Below, one piece after another: positions 40,609-49,061 of a stretch of DNA of 64,000 nt (within the stretch, counting starts at the first letter, position 1; every line of letters starts with the position of its first letter). The notes beneath the pieces were generated by a model. The model did not search any database. It was not told the DNA's origin and saw nothing but the letters and a program-made list of their open reading frames with translations. Both the position numbers and the translations under genes were made by a program. The DNA lies in assembly GCA_001595785.1 (NCBI GenBank), contig LSSJ01000002.1, positions 22,224-86,223 of the forward strand, written 5' to 3'. The DNA is from Euryarchaeota archaeon SM23-78. GTDB lineage: Archaea > Nanobdellota > Nanobdellia > Woesearchaeales > SM23-78.

Positions 40609-41595
40609 TTATGGACTCTCAGCAGCAAAAACCACAGTACCATTACAAATACCAAAAGGATTAGTAGTAAGATTAACATGAAGCCTCCAATAAGTAGCAT
40701 TAATCACATAGCCACCAGAACCAGAAACAGTCTGTTTATCAACAGTAAGACCTTCTATAGTATCAGGAGCTACGGCTAGACGAGTCATCGCAGCATATCC
40801 TGTGGCTGAGCTCAAATCCCATCTTTCGTTGTGTATAGTAATGTTTCTTACTGCACAAATCATTGCCATTCCAGCACCTGCCACAGAATCATTACTCCCA
40901 AAACCCCATACACTTACATTAATAGGAACATTACCAAAGTTTGTAACATTTGCTGAGGGTGGAGGGGTAGCAATATAAGTGTCAGTAACAGCCATATTAC
41001 CAAAATCAATAACATTAGTAACATTTAAGGCTAGAAGAGCATTAATAGAGGAATTACGAACGTCAGTATCCTTAGCACCATACGTGTCATTAACAGTAGC
41101 ATTCATCTGCCAAGTACCATTATTAGCATGATAATAAACATCAAAAACACATGTCCAGTTAGTAAAATAACCACTTGAACTTGTATTTGTGCAACTACTA
41201 TTACTGTAATGCGTATTATTATCATCAGGGTCTGCTGAGGAATTCAGGTAATAAAAGAAAGTTCCATTCACATAATTAATATCTCCTCCTCCATTATAAT
41301 CGCGAATTTCAACTAAACAACTTACTGTTTGGGTAGTACCTGCATTCAAAGTAACAGGATTCTCACTATTACACGTTATGTTAAGAATCTCAGGAAAAGA
41401 ATTAGTAATATTAACTGTTGTACGCACACTTACATTCTCATAATTACCACTAGGACCCCAGCTAGTCACAGGAAGGCCTTTGAAAGCTAAGAATCCAATA
41501 AATAATAGAAACAGCACTAAGAGAATCTTTTTAACTGGATTAATACTTAGATAATCCAAAATTTCTCTTTTTAACCATGCTCTGTCTTTATTCAT
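40609..41595 (-). CDS. Secreted sequon-rich protein, second family (paralog of 51045-51977)
   Basis: Mature N-terminus WGPSGNYENVSVRTTVN and C-terminus VNLTTNPFGICNGTVVFAAESP closely match the paralog. N-terminal signal anchor. Confidence 0.7.
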   Translation of the reverse strand: MNKDRAWLKREILDYLSINPVKKILLVLFLLFIGFLAFKGLPVTSWGPSGNYENVSVRTTVNITNSFPEILNITCNSENPVTLNAGTTQTVSCLVEIRDYNGGGDINYVNGTFFYYLNSSADPDDNNTHYSNSSCTNTSSSGYFTNWTCVFDVYYHANNGTWQMNATVNDTYGAKDTDVRNSSINALLALNVTNVIDFGNMAVTDTYIATPPPSANVTNFGNVPINVSVWGFGSNDSVAGAGMAMICAVRNITIHNERWDLSSATGYAAMTRLAVAPDTIEGLTVDKQTVSGSGGYVINATYWRLHVNLTTNPFGICNGTVVFAAESP

Positions 41596-41622
41596 TTAAG
41601 TATATACCTATTCATTAATTGT

Positions 41623-42384
41623 TTAAGGTCCTAGTTCAATATAAAAGTAATAAGTTGTTCCACTTGAACTCTCATTCTCAGCAACTATGGCTTGGAAGTC
41701 ATAAGTAGCATTATTAACCTCAAAACCCCATGAGTTGTCATTTATTAAAGATGTATAAATAAAATTAGTACCATCATGTAAGGCTACTTCCTGGAAATCA
41801 GCAGTAGGACTAGGATCTTGCTTAGTATTATTCACCCAAGTAGCTAAAGCCCGACAAGCACCCTGAGCAAAAGGCGTGCCTGCTGTACTAAAAGCTTTGT
41901 GAGCGTTTACTGAAGTATTAAAGGTGTTGTTAATATTATAAGGAACATTATTAGGTAATCCTAAGGCGCCTTATTCTGTGAGCATACGAGCATTTGTAGC
42001 ACAACTTACATTTGAAAAGTTTATGGCATTGCTCCTGGTAATGTATACCTCTCCTTCAACAGTTCCTCCTGAAGGCCATTCGTAAATACTATAATTATAT
42101 CCATTCTGCAACACATACTTTCCTGTGACATTTCCAACATAGGCCTTCCAAGCATCAGTTTGTTGTTCAAGATCTAGATTTATAGTCACAATAACTCCTC
42201 CATCATCTGTCCTGCTATCAGCGGTTCTATTAGGTCCATTATCAACATCAGGGGTTCCTGATATTGTTGCTCCTTGAGGATCAGCATAGGCAAGGTATAA
42301 TGATAAACCACAAAGGATTAGGGTTAACACTAGGTAAATCATTAGGATTCTGGTTGTTCTTGTGTATGGTTTTTTATTTGTCAC
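41623..42384 (-). pseudogene. Family member C of the small secreted proteins, interrupted by an in-frame TAA at 41971-41973
   Basis: Track ORFs 41971-42384 and 41623-41835 are in the same frame. Reading through the TAA gives continuous family homology (...NARMLTE*GALGLPNNVPYNINNTFNTSVNAH...ATWVNNTKQ...YDFQAIVAENESSSGTTYYFYIELGP). The stop aligns with Gln in paralog A (SEQ versus TE*). Confidence 0.6.
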
Positions 42385-42450
42385 TATCCTCGCCTTTCCT
42401 CAAATTAAACTTTCATTGACTTGTTTTATCTGCCTCTATAAACTCGTTAT

Positions 42451-43767
42451 TTAGCTTAGCTCAATGTAAAAGTACACAGTAGTTGTTCCTGCAGCGTCTG
42501 ATTCTCCAACTAGGAGCTGGAAGTCATGTGTTGATCCGTCAAATCCTGTTTCAGTGTCATTAATCAGGGTGGTATAAACAGCATCTCCTTCTGCGTCTGT
42601 TAGTAGTACCTGATAAAATGCATCTGCTGATGGACTACCACCGGCATCATAGGTGTTTGTAGCATTACAACCAGTAATACCTGATACACTTCCAACATTG
42701 AAGGTTGGGTGCGTGGTACTGGTGTAAGTATTGTTTATTCTGTCTGAGTCATCTGGGTCTATTCCTAGAGTACCCTCAATAGCAAGTGCTTCAGCTTCAC
42801 TAGCACATCCAATTCCACTCCAACTCACAGTGCCATCAGCAGAGGCAAATACTTCGCCTGCAATTGAGCCTCCTAGACCAGTCCAATCATAGAACACATC
42901 ACCATTACTATTCTCTAAGGTGAGGTTCCCTGATATCTCACCATAGAAACCAGCCCAGTGCTCTGTTATTTTTGTTCCAGAGATGTTTATCTCTGTTACA
43001 TTTCCAGCCTGGACTGCAATGCTATCAGGCGAGCCACCACTAAGATTGGCTCTGCTTGAAGCAACCAAATCTACTCCTGCTCCTTGTACTCCAAAAACCA
43101 GTGTTATCCCTGTATAGAGTAATCCCAAAACTATCATTAACAAAACTGCTTTTTTAACATGGTTTGTATACCTCATTTTAAGTGCATAGAACTCAGAGGA
43201 TTTTTTGTTAAGAACTTTGCTTAACTCATATTTTGTTTTTATATCAAAGAATACTGTTTTTGAAATCCCTTCGGGGTTTTTTATTAAAACTTTTTTTAGT
43301 TGTGTTTTCAGATTTTGATCATCTGAAACCATCACTAAATTTATGTTATCAGAATTTGTAAGGTCAAGCAACATAGCATCTATCTTGTTTATATGTTCTT
43401 CTGCATGCCAGAAAGCCTTTTCAAGGTAGTAGTGAAGCTCTGGCTTATCAAGGAACCATATTTTCAGGATTATCTTATTGTAATCACTTAATTTGTGAAA
43501 CTTTTTATCTACAAAGTCTTGGGTGCTTGCTATTAAGAAAGAATGATTTCCAGCCAGAGAGTAGAGCAGCCTTGGCTGCCCCTTATCCCTGTTGGAAATC
43601 CTTTTGCTTTGAACAAGACCGGCCATCTCTAGAAGACGTAGTTGCTGACTTATGTTTGCAACTGAGGTGTTGGACAGTTTTGCCAGCTGGAGTGGAGACT
43701 TGCTTCCTGAGGAGAGTATCTTCAGGATGTCCCATTTAGAGGCCGTAAAAAGGGTTTCTTGTTCCAT
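42451..43767 (-). CDS. Membrane-anchored one-component regulator: cytoplasmic ArsR/TrmB-like wHTH, single TM, extracytoplasmic domain of the small-secreted-protein family
   Basis: N-terminus LQLAKLSNTSVANISQQLRLLEMAGLVQSKRISNRDKGQPRLLYSL (wHTH). TM VLLMIVLGLLYTGITLVFGV at ~residue 205. Ectodomain HWAGFYGEISG...FYDW, HDFQLLVGES...TTVYFYIELS. Confidence 0.7.
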   Translation of the reverse strand: MEQETLFTASKWDILKILSSGSKSPLQLAKLSNTSVANISQQLRLLEMAGLVQSKRISNRDKGQPRLLYSLAGNHSFLIASTQDFVDKKFHKLSDYNKIILKIWFLDKPELHYYLEKAFWHAEEHINKIDAMLLDLTNSDNINLVMVSDDQNLKTQLKKVLIKNPEGISKTVFFDIKTKYELSKVLNKKSSEFYALKMRYTNHVKKAVLLMIVLGLLYTGITLVFGVQGAGVDLVASSRANLSGGSPDSIAVQAGNVTEINISGTKITEHWAGFYGEISGNLTLENSNGDVFYDWTGLGGSIAGEVFASADGTVSWSGIGCASEAEALAIEGTLGIDPDDSDRINNTYTSTTHPTFNVGSVSGITGCNATNTYDAGGSPSADAFYQVLLTDAEGDAVYTTLINDTETGFDGSTHDFQLLVGESDAAGTTTVYFYIELS

Positions 43768-44060
43768 TTTGTTTTTTTATGCTTGCAACGGTGTTGATTA
43801 TAAAACCAATTCCCGCCGTTTTTAGACGACAGGAATTGTTTAATGGCTTCCAGTAGCGTTTCACTATTTTTTATTATCTTGGTATACTTTTTGGTATAAT
43901 AAAATCCTAATAGCACAACTCATATTTAAATATTTCGGTTTTTAGTTAACTACTGTACCTAAACAAATTATGAATTAAGAAAATAAAGAAAATACACTAA
44001 TTTATTAAAAAGTGAATTAGAGGGTTAGAAGGCTTAAAAATGCAGAATTTGAAAATTGAG

Positions 44061-44224
44061 TTTAAAAAGGCCTACTCCGATTTGCTCACAAAATGTTCGC
44101 AAAGCTCCGCCGTGCCATGCAAAACAGCAAAAATAAAATTTTTGAGCATACAAAGCAAAAAACTTTGTATACAGCAAAAAAGCTGTTGTTGCATATGATG
44201 GCTGCGACGGCCTTTTTAAACTCA
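44061..44224. repeat. MITE-like structured repeat, copy 4
   Basis: 15-bp terminal inverted repeats gagtttaaaaaggcc / ggcctttttaaactc. Contains the reverse complement of module gcg.agctttgcgaa....gagtaggcc shared with copies 1 and 3. Confidence 0.55.
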
Positions 44225-44244
44225 AAAAAGTTAATAAAAAAACC

Positions 44245-45018
44245 TCAGCCCAGCTCAGCCCAGAAATAATAAGTTATTGAAGTGTCTCCAGGATCATCTG
44301 GGACTATGAACTGGAAATCATAAGTGCCAACATCAAAGCCTGGCTCATTGTTCTCTAGGAGTGTTGTAAACACTAGATTTAATCCATCAGATAAAAGTAT
44401 CTCTTGAAACGTAGCGCTTTCATCAGCTGGCTGAGCACTATCATTAACATAGGTTGCTATGGCATAGCAAGAGCTATTACTAATTGTGCCAGTTCCTCCT
44501 ATTACAAATGATTTATGTACTTGCTGGTCAAAGGTATTGCTTATGCTATCATCAGTGCTAGAGTTTATATTCAAAGTTGTTTCTTCTGCTGAGATGTTGC
44601 CATCATTTGCACATGCTAGTGAGCTAAAGCTGACCGAGTCATTCCTTGAAACATATACTTCTCCTTGGACTATTGTTATTGCCCAGTCATATATAGTATA
44701 ATTATATGAGTTGTCCAAAGTTATTTTTCCTGTGACATTTCCAACATAAGCCTTCCATTTACTAGTCTGAGAGGTTACATTCAGCACTAGGGTTGTGAAG
44801 GAACCTCCTGCTGCTGTATGAGAATCTACTGGTCTAACACTAGCATTTTCAGTTTGATTAAGGGTTATTTTTGCTCCTTGTGGCACAGCAAACACAGGGA
44901 TTTGATTACCAAAGAGTGCAAGAGCTAGTATAGTGAGGAGTAGGAAGATTATGCTTGTCTTCCTTGCTACACTAATTATATTCTTATTTTTTAGATTCAT
45001 CTTTTTTATTTTTCTCAA
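44245..45018 (-). CDS. Small secreted sequon-rich protein, family member E (C-terminal YYFWAELG)
   Basis: KWKAYVGNVTG...IYDW, ATYVNDSAQ (as in member A), YDFQFIVPDD...ITYYFWAELG. Signal peptide with VFA|VPQGA site. Confidence 0.7.
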   Translation of the reverse strand: MRKIKKMNLKNKNIISVARKTSIIFLLLTILALALFGNQIPVFAVPQGAKITLNQTENASVRPVDSHTAAGGSFTTLVLNVTSQTSKWKAYVGNVTGKITLDNSYNYTIYDWAITIVQGEVYVSRNDSVSFSSLACANDGNISAEETTLNINSSTDDSISNTFDQQVHKSFVIGGTGTISNSSCYAIATYVNDSAQPADESATFQEILLSDGLNLVFTTLLENNEPGFDVGTYDFQFIVPDDPGDTSITYYFWAELG

Positions 45019-45526
45019 ACTTTTTTTTAGCTCTTGAATGGACAGTCCATACTGTTCTTTGGTCTTTGTTTAGTATGCGTGCAATTTCAGAATACTTCAT
45101 CTCAAGATTCTTGAGATAGTGAACAAGGGCTTCTAGGATGCTGAGTCTTCTGTCTCTAAAGATGCTTAGAGGAACCTGAATATCTACTTGGATGTCTGTT
45201 TCTTCAAACACAAAGGCTTTTTTCTTCTGAACAGACCTATATGTAACCCATATTGTTTTAGGGTCTCGGTTTAGAAGCAAGGCTATCTGCTTATTAGTCT
45301 TGTGCAGGTTTTCTTTAAGGTATTTTACAATGATTTGTAGAGGAGTAAGCCTGTTTTTGAAAAGAGTGACTGGAAGATATATCTCATCCTCGTATTTTAG
45401 GTTTAGATAGAAAACAGAGGGTGTCTCACTGATTGAATCTTCTGTTTTGAATTGATTTGAAATCCTTTGCTCAGAGATACTATACTCTAGATTAGTGCTG
45501 TTAATGAAAAAATCTGGCTTTTCCAT
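44984..45526 (-). CDS. Cytoplasmic protein with two tandem sigma-70-region-4/LuxR-like HTH repeats
   Basis: Internal duplication RLTPLQIIVKYLKENLHKTNKQIALLLNRDPKTIWVTYRSVQKKK / RLSILEALVHYLKNLEMKYSEIARILNKDQRTVWTVHSRAKKK. Overlaps the start of member E by 17-35 nt. Confidence 0.5.
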   Translation of the reverse strand: MEKPDFFINSTNLEYSISEQRISNQFKTEDSISETPSVFYLNLKYEDEIYLPVTLFKNRLTPLQIIVKYLKENLHKTNKQIALLLNRDPKTIWVTYRSVQKKKAFVFEETDIQVDIQVPLSIFRDRRLSILEALVHYLKNLEMKYSEIARILNKDQRTVWTVHSRAKKKFEKNKKDESKK

Positions 45527-45716
45527 GGAATAATCTTATAATGTAAGTATTTATTTATAAATTTTACCATTATTCAAGCTTATTTTATGTTATATGTAAG
45601 TAATTTGTTCATATTTTGTAAGTATATATTTAAGGAAATTTAAAAAACAGAAAAGACAGGGTGCAAAACAAAAGGTTTATATAGAACAAATCAAAAGAGA
45701 AGAAGAGGATAAAGGG

Positions 45717-47516
45717 ATGGGTATGATAAAACCAATTAATTTTTCAAAAAACATAGTGCTGTATCTCTTAACATTAATACTAATCCTCTTAATGCCAATT
45801 TGTGTGATGGCTCAAGACCATATTATAGCTAACTCAGCAGACTGGAGGGATGTTTACTCAACAACCCTGTATGCAAATTTACTTGGAATACCAAACAACT
45901 TCTTAACAAGCACACCTCATGGTCCAATAGTGCTTTATGAAATACCTAAAAGCAGGCAAAATATACAGATAATAACCTCTGCTGACAGGCCCTATGTTGT
46001 AGGATATGAATCACTAATCAGAGGCAGAGGATATGAAAATCCTGAAGAGCTAATATTTAACCAAGCAAACCTAGAACTAGCTAGAAGACTACCTGATGTC
46101 AACAAGTACATAATCATTGATGATTCCTATGGATATAATGCTATAGCAGTGGCTCCTTATGCTGCAAAAGCCAATTATTATGTGTTATTTGCAGATGACA
46201 GGAATATTGGAGAAGTAGATGATTTCTTATCCACCAAGAACGTTGCAGATATAATAATATATGGTCATGTAGATAGAGAAGTAAGAAGCACTCTAGCCAA
46301 ATATGATTCTGAGATTATAAACAGTGAAACTGGAAGCAGGTTTGAGAACAATGCAATGATGGTTGATAAGTATAATGAGATAGGTAGCATAAAACAAGTA
46401 ATCCTGACAAATGGTGAGTTCATAGAAGCCAGTATGTTAAGTGGAAACGAACCAGTCTTGTTCATAGGAACCAACAATGTTCCTGATGAGATACAGGATT
46501 ATATACAAGATAGAGATATAGAAATAGGTGTTCTTATAGGGAATGAGTTAATAGGCACAGCTACTTTTATAAGAAGACAATTAGGAATAAGCGTGTTTGT
46601 TAAATTTGCAAGAGGATCACGGGTTCCAGGGGGTACCATAAACCCTGTAGAAGATTTAGACAGATTTCCAATGCCCAGCTATACCTTAAGCATGAGTATT
46701 ATATCAATAGTATATAACCAGGCTACTGGGCTTCTTGAAGTAACATACAGTAACAACGTAGATCTTGCTACTTATTTCAAGTCAACCATCACGATAAGGG
46801 ATGATGCTGGTGAAACCCTTGCAGTGGTTGGTGATGAAAACCCTGTTTTTATTGATGGAGGTGAGACCAAGACTATTGTTTATGAAGTTGATTTATCAGA
46901 AGCTGAGAACACAGACAACTTAACTGGAGAAATATACACTATTTATGGTGAGTCAAAAACATCCCTAGAAAAAGCTCTGAGAGGGACTTTTAAAATAGAG
47001 ATAATAACTGTTATGGATGATGCTGATATAGAAATAGTAGATTTAGTTTATGACAAGGGCAGGGGAAGATTCCTAGTGACAATTGAGAACACAGGTCCTG
47101 TTGATGTCTATGTTGATGTTGAAATAGAAGACTTATGGTTCGATGGAGAATACATCACTGTAAGTGCAGATGAGATTGAAAAGATAGATGTTGGCAAGAA
47201 AAAAACCATTCCTATAAATATAAAACTAGAAGAAGAGGATTTAGAAGATAGAAGAAATTCTGAGGTAACTGTAAGAGGCATTTACGGAGAAAGAAAACAT
47301 GCCCTTGTAAAAAGCAAAGCCCGTACCTTTGAACTCAAATTAAGAAAAGGACTGCTCTGGTGGTACATACCCCTTATAGTTGGATTTGTTATAATTATTA
47401 TCATATTAATCTTATTATTATTAGGAAAAAGAAGAAAAAAGAGATGTAAAAGGTGTAGAACTCTTAATAAGAGTGATGCTACTCATTGTAAGAAGTGTGG
47501 TCATAAATTACATTAG
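45717..47516 (+). CDS. Membrane protein: signal peptide, large ectodomain, C-terminal TM and cytoplasmic zinc ribbon
   Basis: N-terminus LYLLTLILILLMPICVMAQ. TM LLWWYIPLIVGFVIIIIILILLLL followed by RRKKRCKRCRTLNKSDATHCKKCGHKL (CxxC...CxxC). Confidence 0.6.
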   Translation: MGMIKPINFSKNIVLYLLTLILILLMPICVMAQDHIIANSADWRDVYSTTLYANLLGIPNNFLTSTPHGPIVLYEIPKSRQNIQIITSADRPYVVGYESLIRGRGYENPEELIFNQANLELARRLPDVNKYIIIDDSYGYNAIAVAPYAAKANYYVLFADDRNIGEVDDFLSTKNVADIIIYGHVDREVRSTLAKYDSEIINSETGSRFENNAMMVDKYNEIGSIKQVILTNGEFIEASMLSGNEPVLFIGTNNVPDEIQDYIQDRDIEIGVLIGNELIGTATFIRRQLGISVFVKFARGSRVPGGTINPVEDLDRFPMPSYTLSMSIISIVYNQATGLLEVTYSNNVDLATYFKSTITIRDDAGETLAVVGDENPVFIDGGETKTIVYEVDLSEAENTDNLTGEIYTIYGESKTSLEKALRGTFKIEIITVMDDADIEIVDLVYDKGRGRFLVTIENTGPVDVYVDVEIEDLWFDGEYITVSADEIEKIDVGKKKTIPINIKLEEEDLEDRRNSEVTVRGIYGERKHALVKSKARTFELKLRKGLLWWYIPLIVGFVIIIIILILLLLGKRRKKRCKRCRTLNKSDATHCKKCGHKLH

Positions 47517-47653
47517 AAATACCTTATGAATATATTATATTAATAAAGAAAAAAGAAGAAATAAAAGCTCCCTATTGCGTTGTTGAGGAAAAAGGGGGAG
47601 GGTGGTTAATGAGAATTAACCAATAGGGAGCTTTCCTCTTCTTATCATGAACA

Positions 47654-48073
47654 TTATTTCTTTTTTAACACAAAGGGTCTGGGCGGCTTTCTAAGCTCTT
47701 GTAACCACATTAACCCTATTCTCATCATGTTCTTGTTGAACTTCTCACTTATCTTGTAAGTCTTTTTGTACAAGTCATAATCTATTAAGCCCATGGTCTT
47801 CATGGGTGTGAGGATTCTGTCATAAAACTGTCTCTTGTTGTATGAGATCTTTGTTTTTTTCTTAACACCAAGTCTCTCATTTGCTACTACTTCAACCTCT
47901 ACTCCTTCATGAAGAGCTGTTGCAAACATTGACATCTCTGTTTTTCCTATCTCTCCTTCTTTGTTCTTCATTTCCTCTATAAGCATCTTTGCAACTATCA
48001 CTTGTTGTTTTGTAGCAAAGATTATTTCATATATGTTTTCAGGTAGATTGTATTGGTCAAATAGGATTACCAT
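47654..48073 (-). CDS. Hypothetical small protein, possibly DNA-binding; leaderless
   Basis: The conserved promoter 15-mer lies ~25-35 nt upstream of the ATG, which predicts a leaderless transcript. No confident domain call. Confidence 0.45.
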   Translation of the reverse strand: MVILFDQYNLPENIYEIIFATKQQVIVAKMLIEEMKNKEGEIGKTEMSMFATALHEGVEVEVVANERLGVKKKTKISYNKRQFYDRILTPMKTMGLIDYDLYKKTYKISEKFNKNMMRIGLMWLQELRKPPRPFVLKKK

Positions 48074-48096
48074 AACCCTATATATAACATTACTAG

Positions 48097-48111
48097 TATA
48101 TAAATGTTTCG
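48097..48111 (-). promoter_or_regulatory. Conserved BRE/TATA-like promoter motif for 47654-48073
   Basis: tatataaatgtttcg followed by gtttcg. A second TATA-like run (ctatatataacat, 48079-48091) is also present. Confidence 0.5.
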
Positions 48112-48203
48112 TTTCGTATACATTTTCGTATATTAGTTAATTAAAAAAATAAGTAAAAAAATAAGTAAATTTAAATATTTTAAAGTTTTAAATATAAAAG
48201 AGC

Positions 48204-48380
48204 ATGGAATTCAGGAGAAAACTATACACCCGGGGAAGCAGTTATGAGACTACAATTCCAATGCCCTTATTATTCTCACTTGATAAGAAAAAGAAATACG
48301 AAATAGTGTTTGTATTTGACCCTGATACAAATAAATGGTTTATAAGAATAGAGGAACAAAAGCAAAAAAAGAAAGATTAG
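48204..48380 (+). CDS. AbrB/SpoVT-like swapped-hairpin mini-regulator (58 aa), first gene of the 48.2-51.0 kb operon
   Basis: MEFRRKLYTRGSSYETTIPMPLLFSLDKKKKYEIVFVFDPDTNKWFIRIEEQKQKKKD. Not in the track (<60 aa). Next ORF starts 4 nt after its stop. Confidence 0.5.
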   Translation: MEFRRKLYTRGSSYETTIPMPLLFSLDKKKKYEIVFVFDPDTNKWFIRIEEQKQKKKD

Positions 48381-48383
48381 AAA

Positions 48384-49061
48384 ATGACAGAAAAAAACAG
48401 AAAAACAGAGGAAATCCTGATCTTAATAACGGTCCTCCTGCTTTTAACCCTAAGTATGTTAGTGTTTAACAAGGTTGTTCCTGAATCTTTTCAAAGCATA
48501 ACTGGCAAAGTGATAAGTAGGGTTAATATTACTCAATCAATACAAACAAATTGTAGCTTCACCCTTAATCAAGGACTTAATCTAGTGTCTTTTTTCTGTA
48601 TTTCTACCATGACATCAACAACAGACGTAGTTGGATCTCTTTCAAATTTAGAAGCAGTTTTTGAATACCAAGAAGGGAGTAGTGATCCATGGAAGATTTA
48701 CAATCCTAATCTACCAAGCTTTGTTATTTTAGACCTGAACTATATAAGTAGAAAAGAAGGTTATTGGGTGAAAATGCTGGCTAATGAAAACTTCCTTTTA
48801 GCAGGCGGTCTCAGGGTTCCAACTTATATAGACCTGGTTCTTGGGTGGAACCTAGCTGGTTATCCTACAAATGAAACCAAGGCAGCTAACCAGTCTTTTT
48901 GGTCAATTGATGGTAATTTCACAGAAGTAAGAACATACAATTCATCAAGTGGAAGTTTTATCAGCTATGTTCCTGGGGTTGGTGGAGCTCTTAATCAGAC
49001 AGAAGCCTATTATGGTTATTGGATTAATGCAACAGTTGGCGAGGTGTGGGTTGTTGATTAG
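48384..49061 (+). CDS. Secreted or membrane-anchored sequon-rich protein
   Basis: N-terminal signal anchor ILILITVLLLLTLSMLVF. Internal G.NL.S/GWNLAGYP repeats. N-x-S/T sequons. Confidence 0.55.
   Translation: MTEKNRKTEEILILITVLLLLTLSMLVFNKVVPESFQSITGKVISRVNITQSIQTNCSFTLNQGLNLVSFFCISTMTSTTDVVGSLSNLEAVFEYQEGSSDPWKIYNPNLPSFVILDLNYISRKEGYWVKMLANENFLLAGGLRVPTYIDLVLGWNLAGYPTNETKAANQSFWSIDGNFTEVRTYNSSSGSFISYVPGVGGALNQTEAYYGYWINATVGEVWVVD

Noticed and set aside
44034-44225. Track ORF (63 aa, minus)
   Set aside because: It coincides with repeat copy 4 and its 15-bp terminal inverted repeats.
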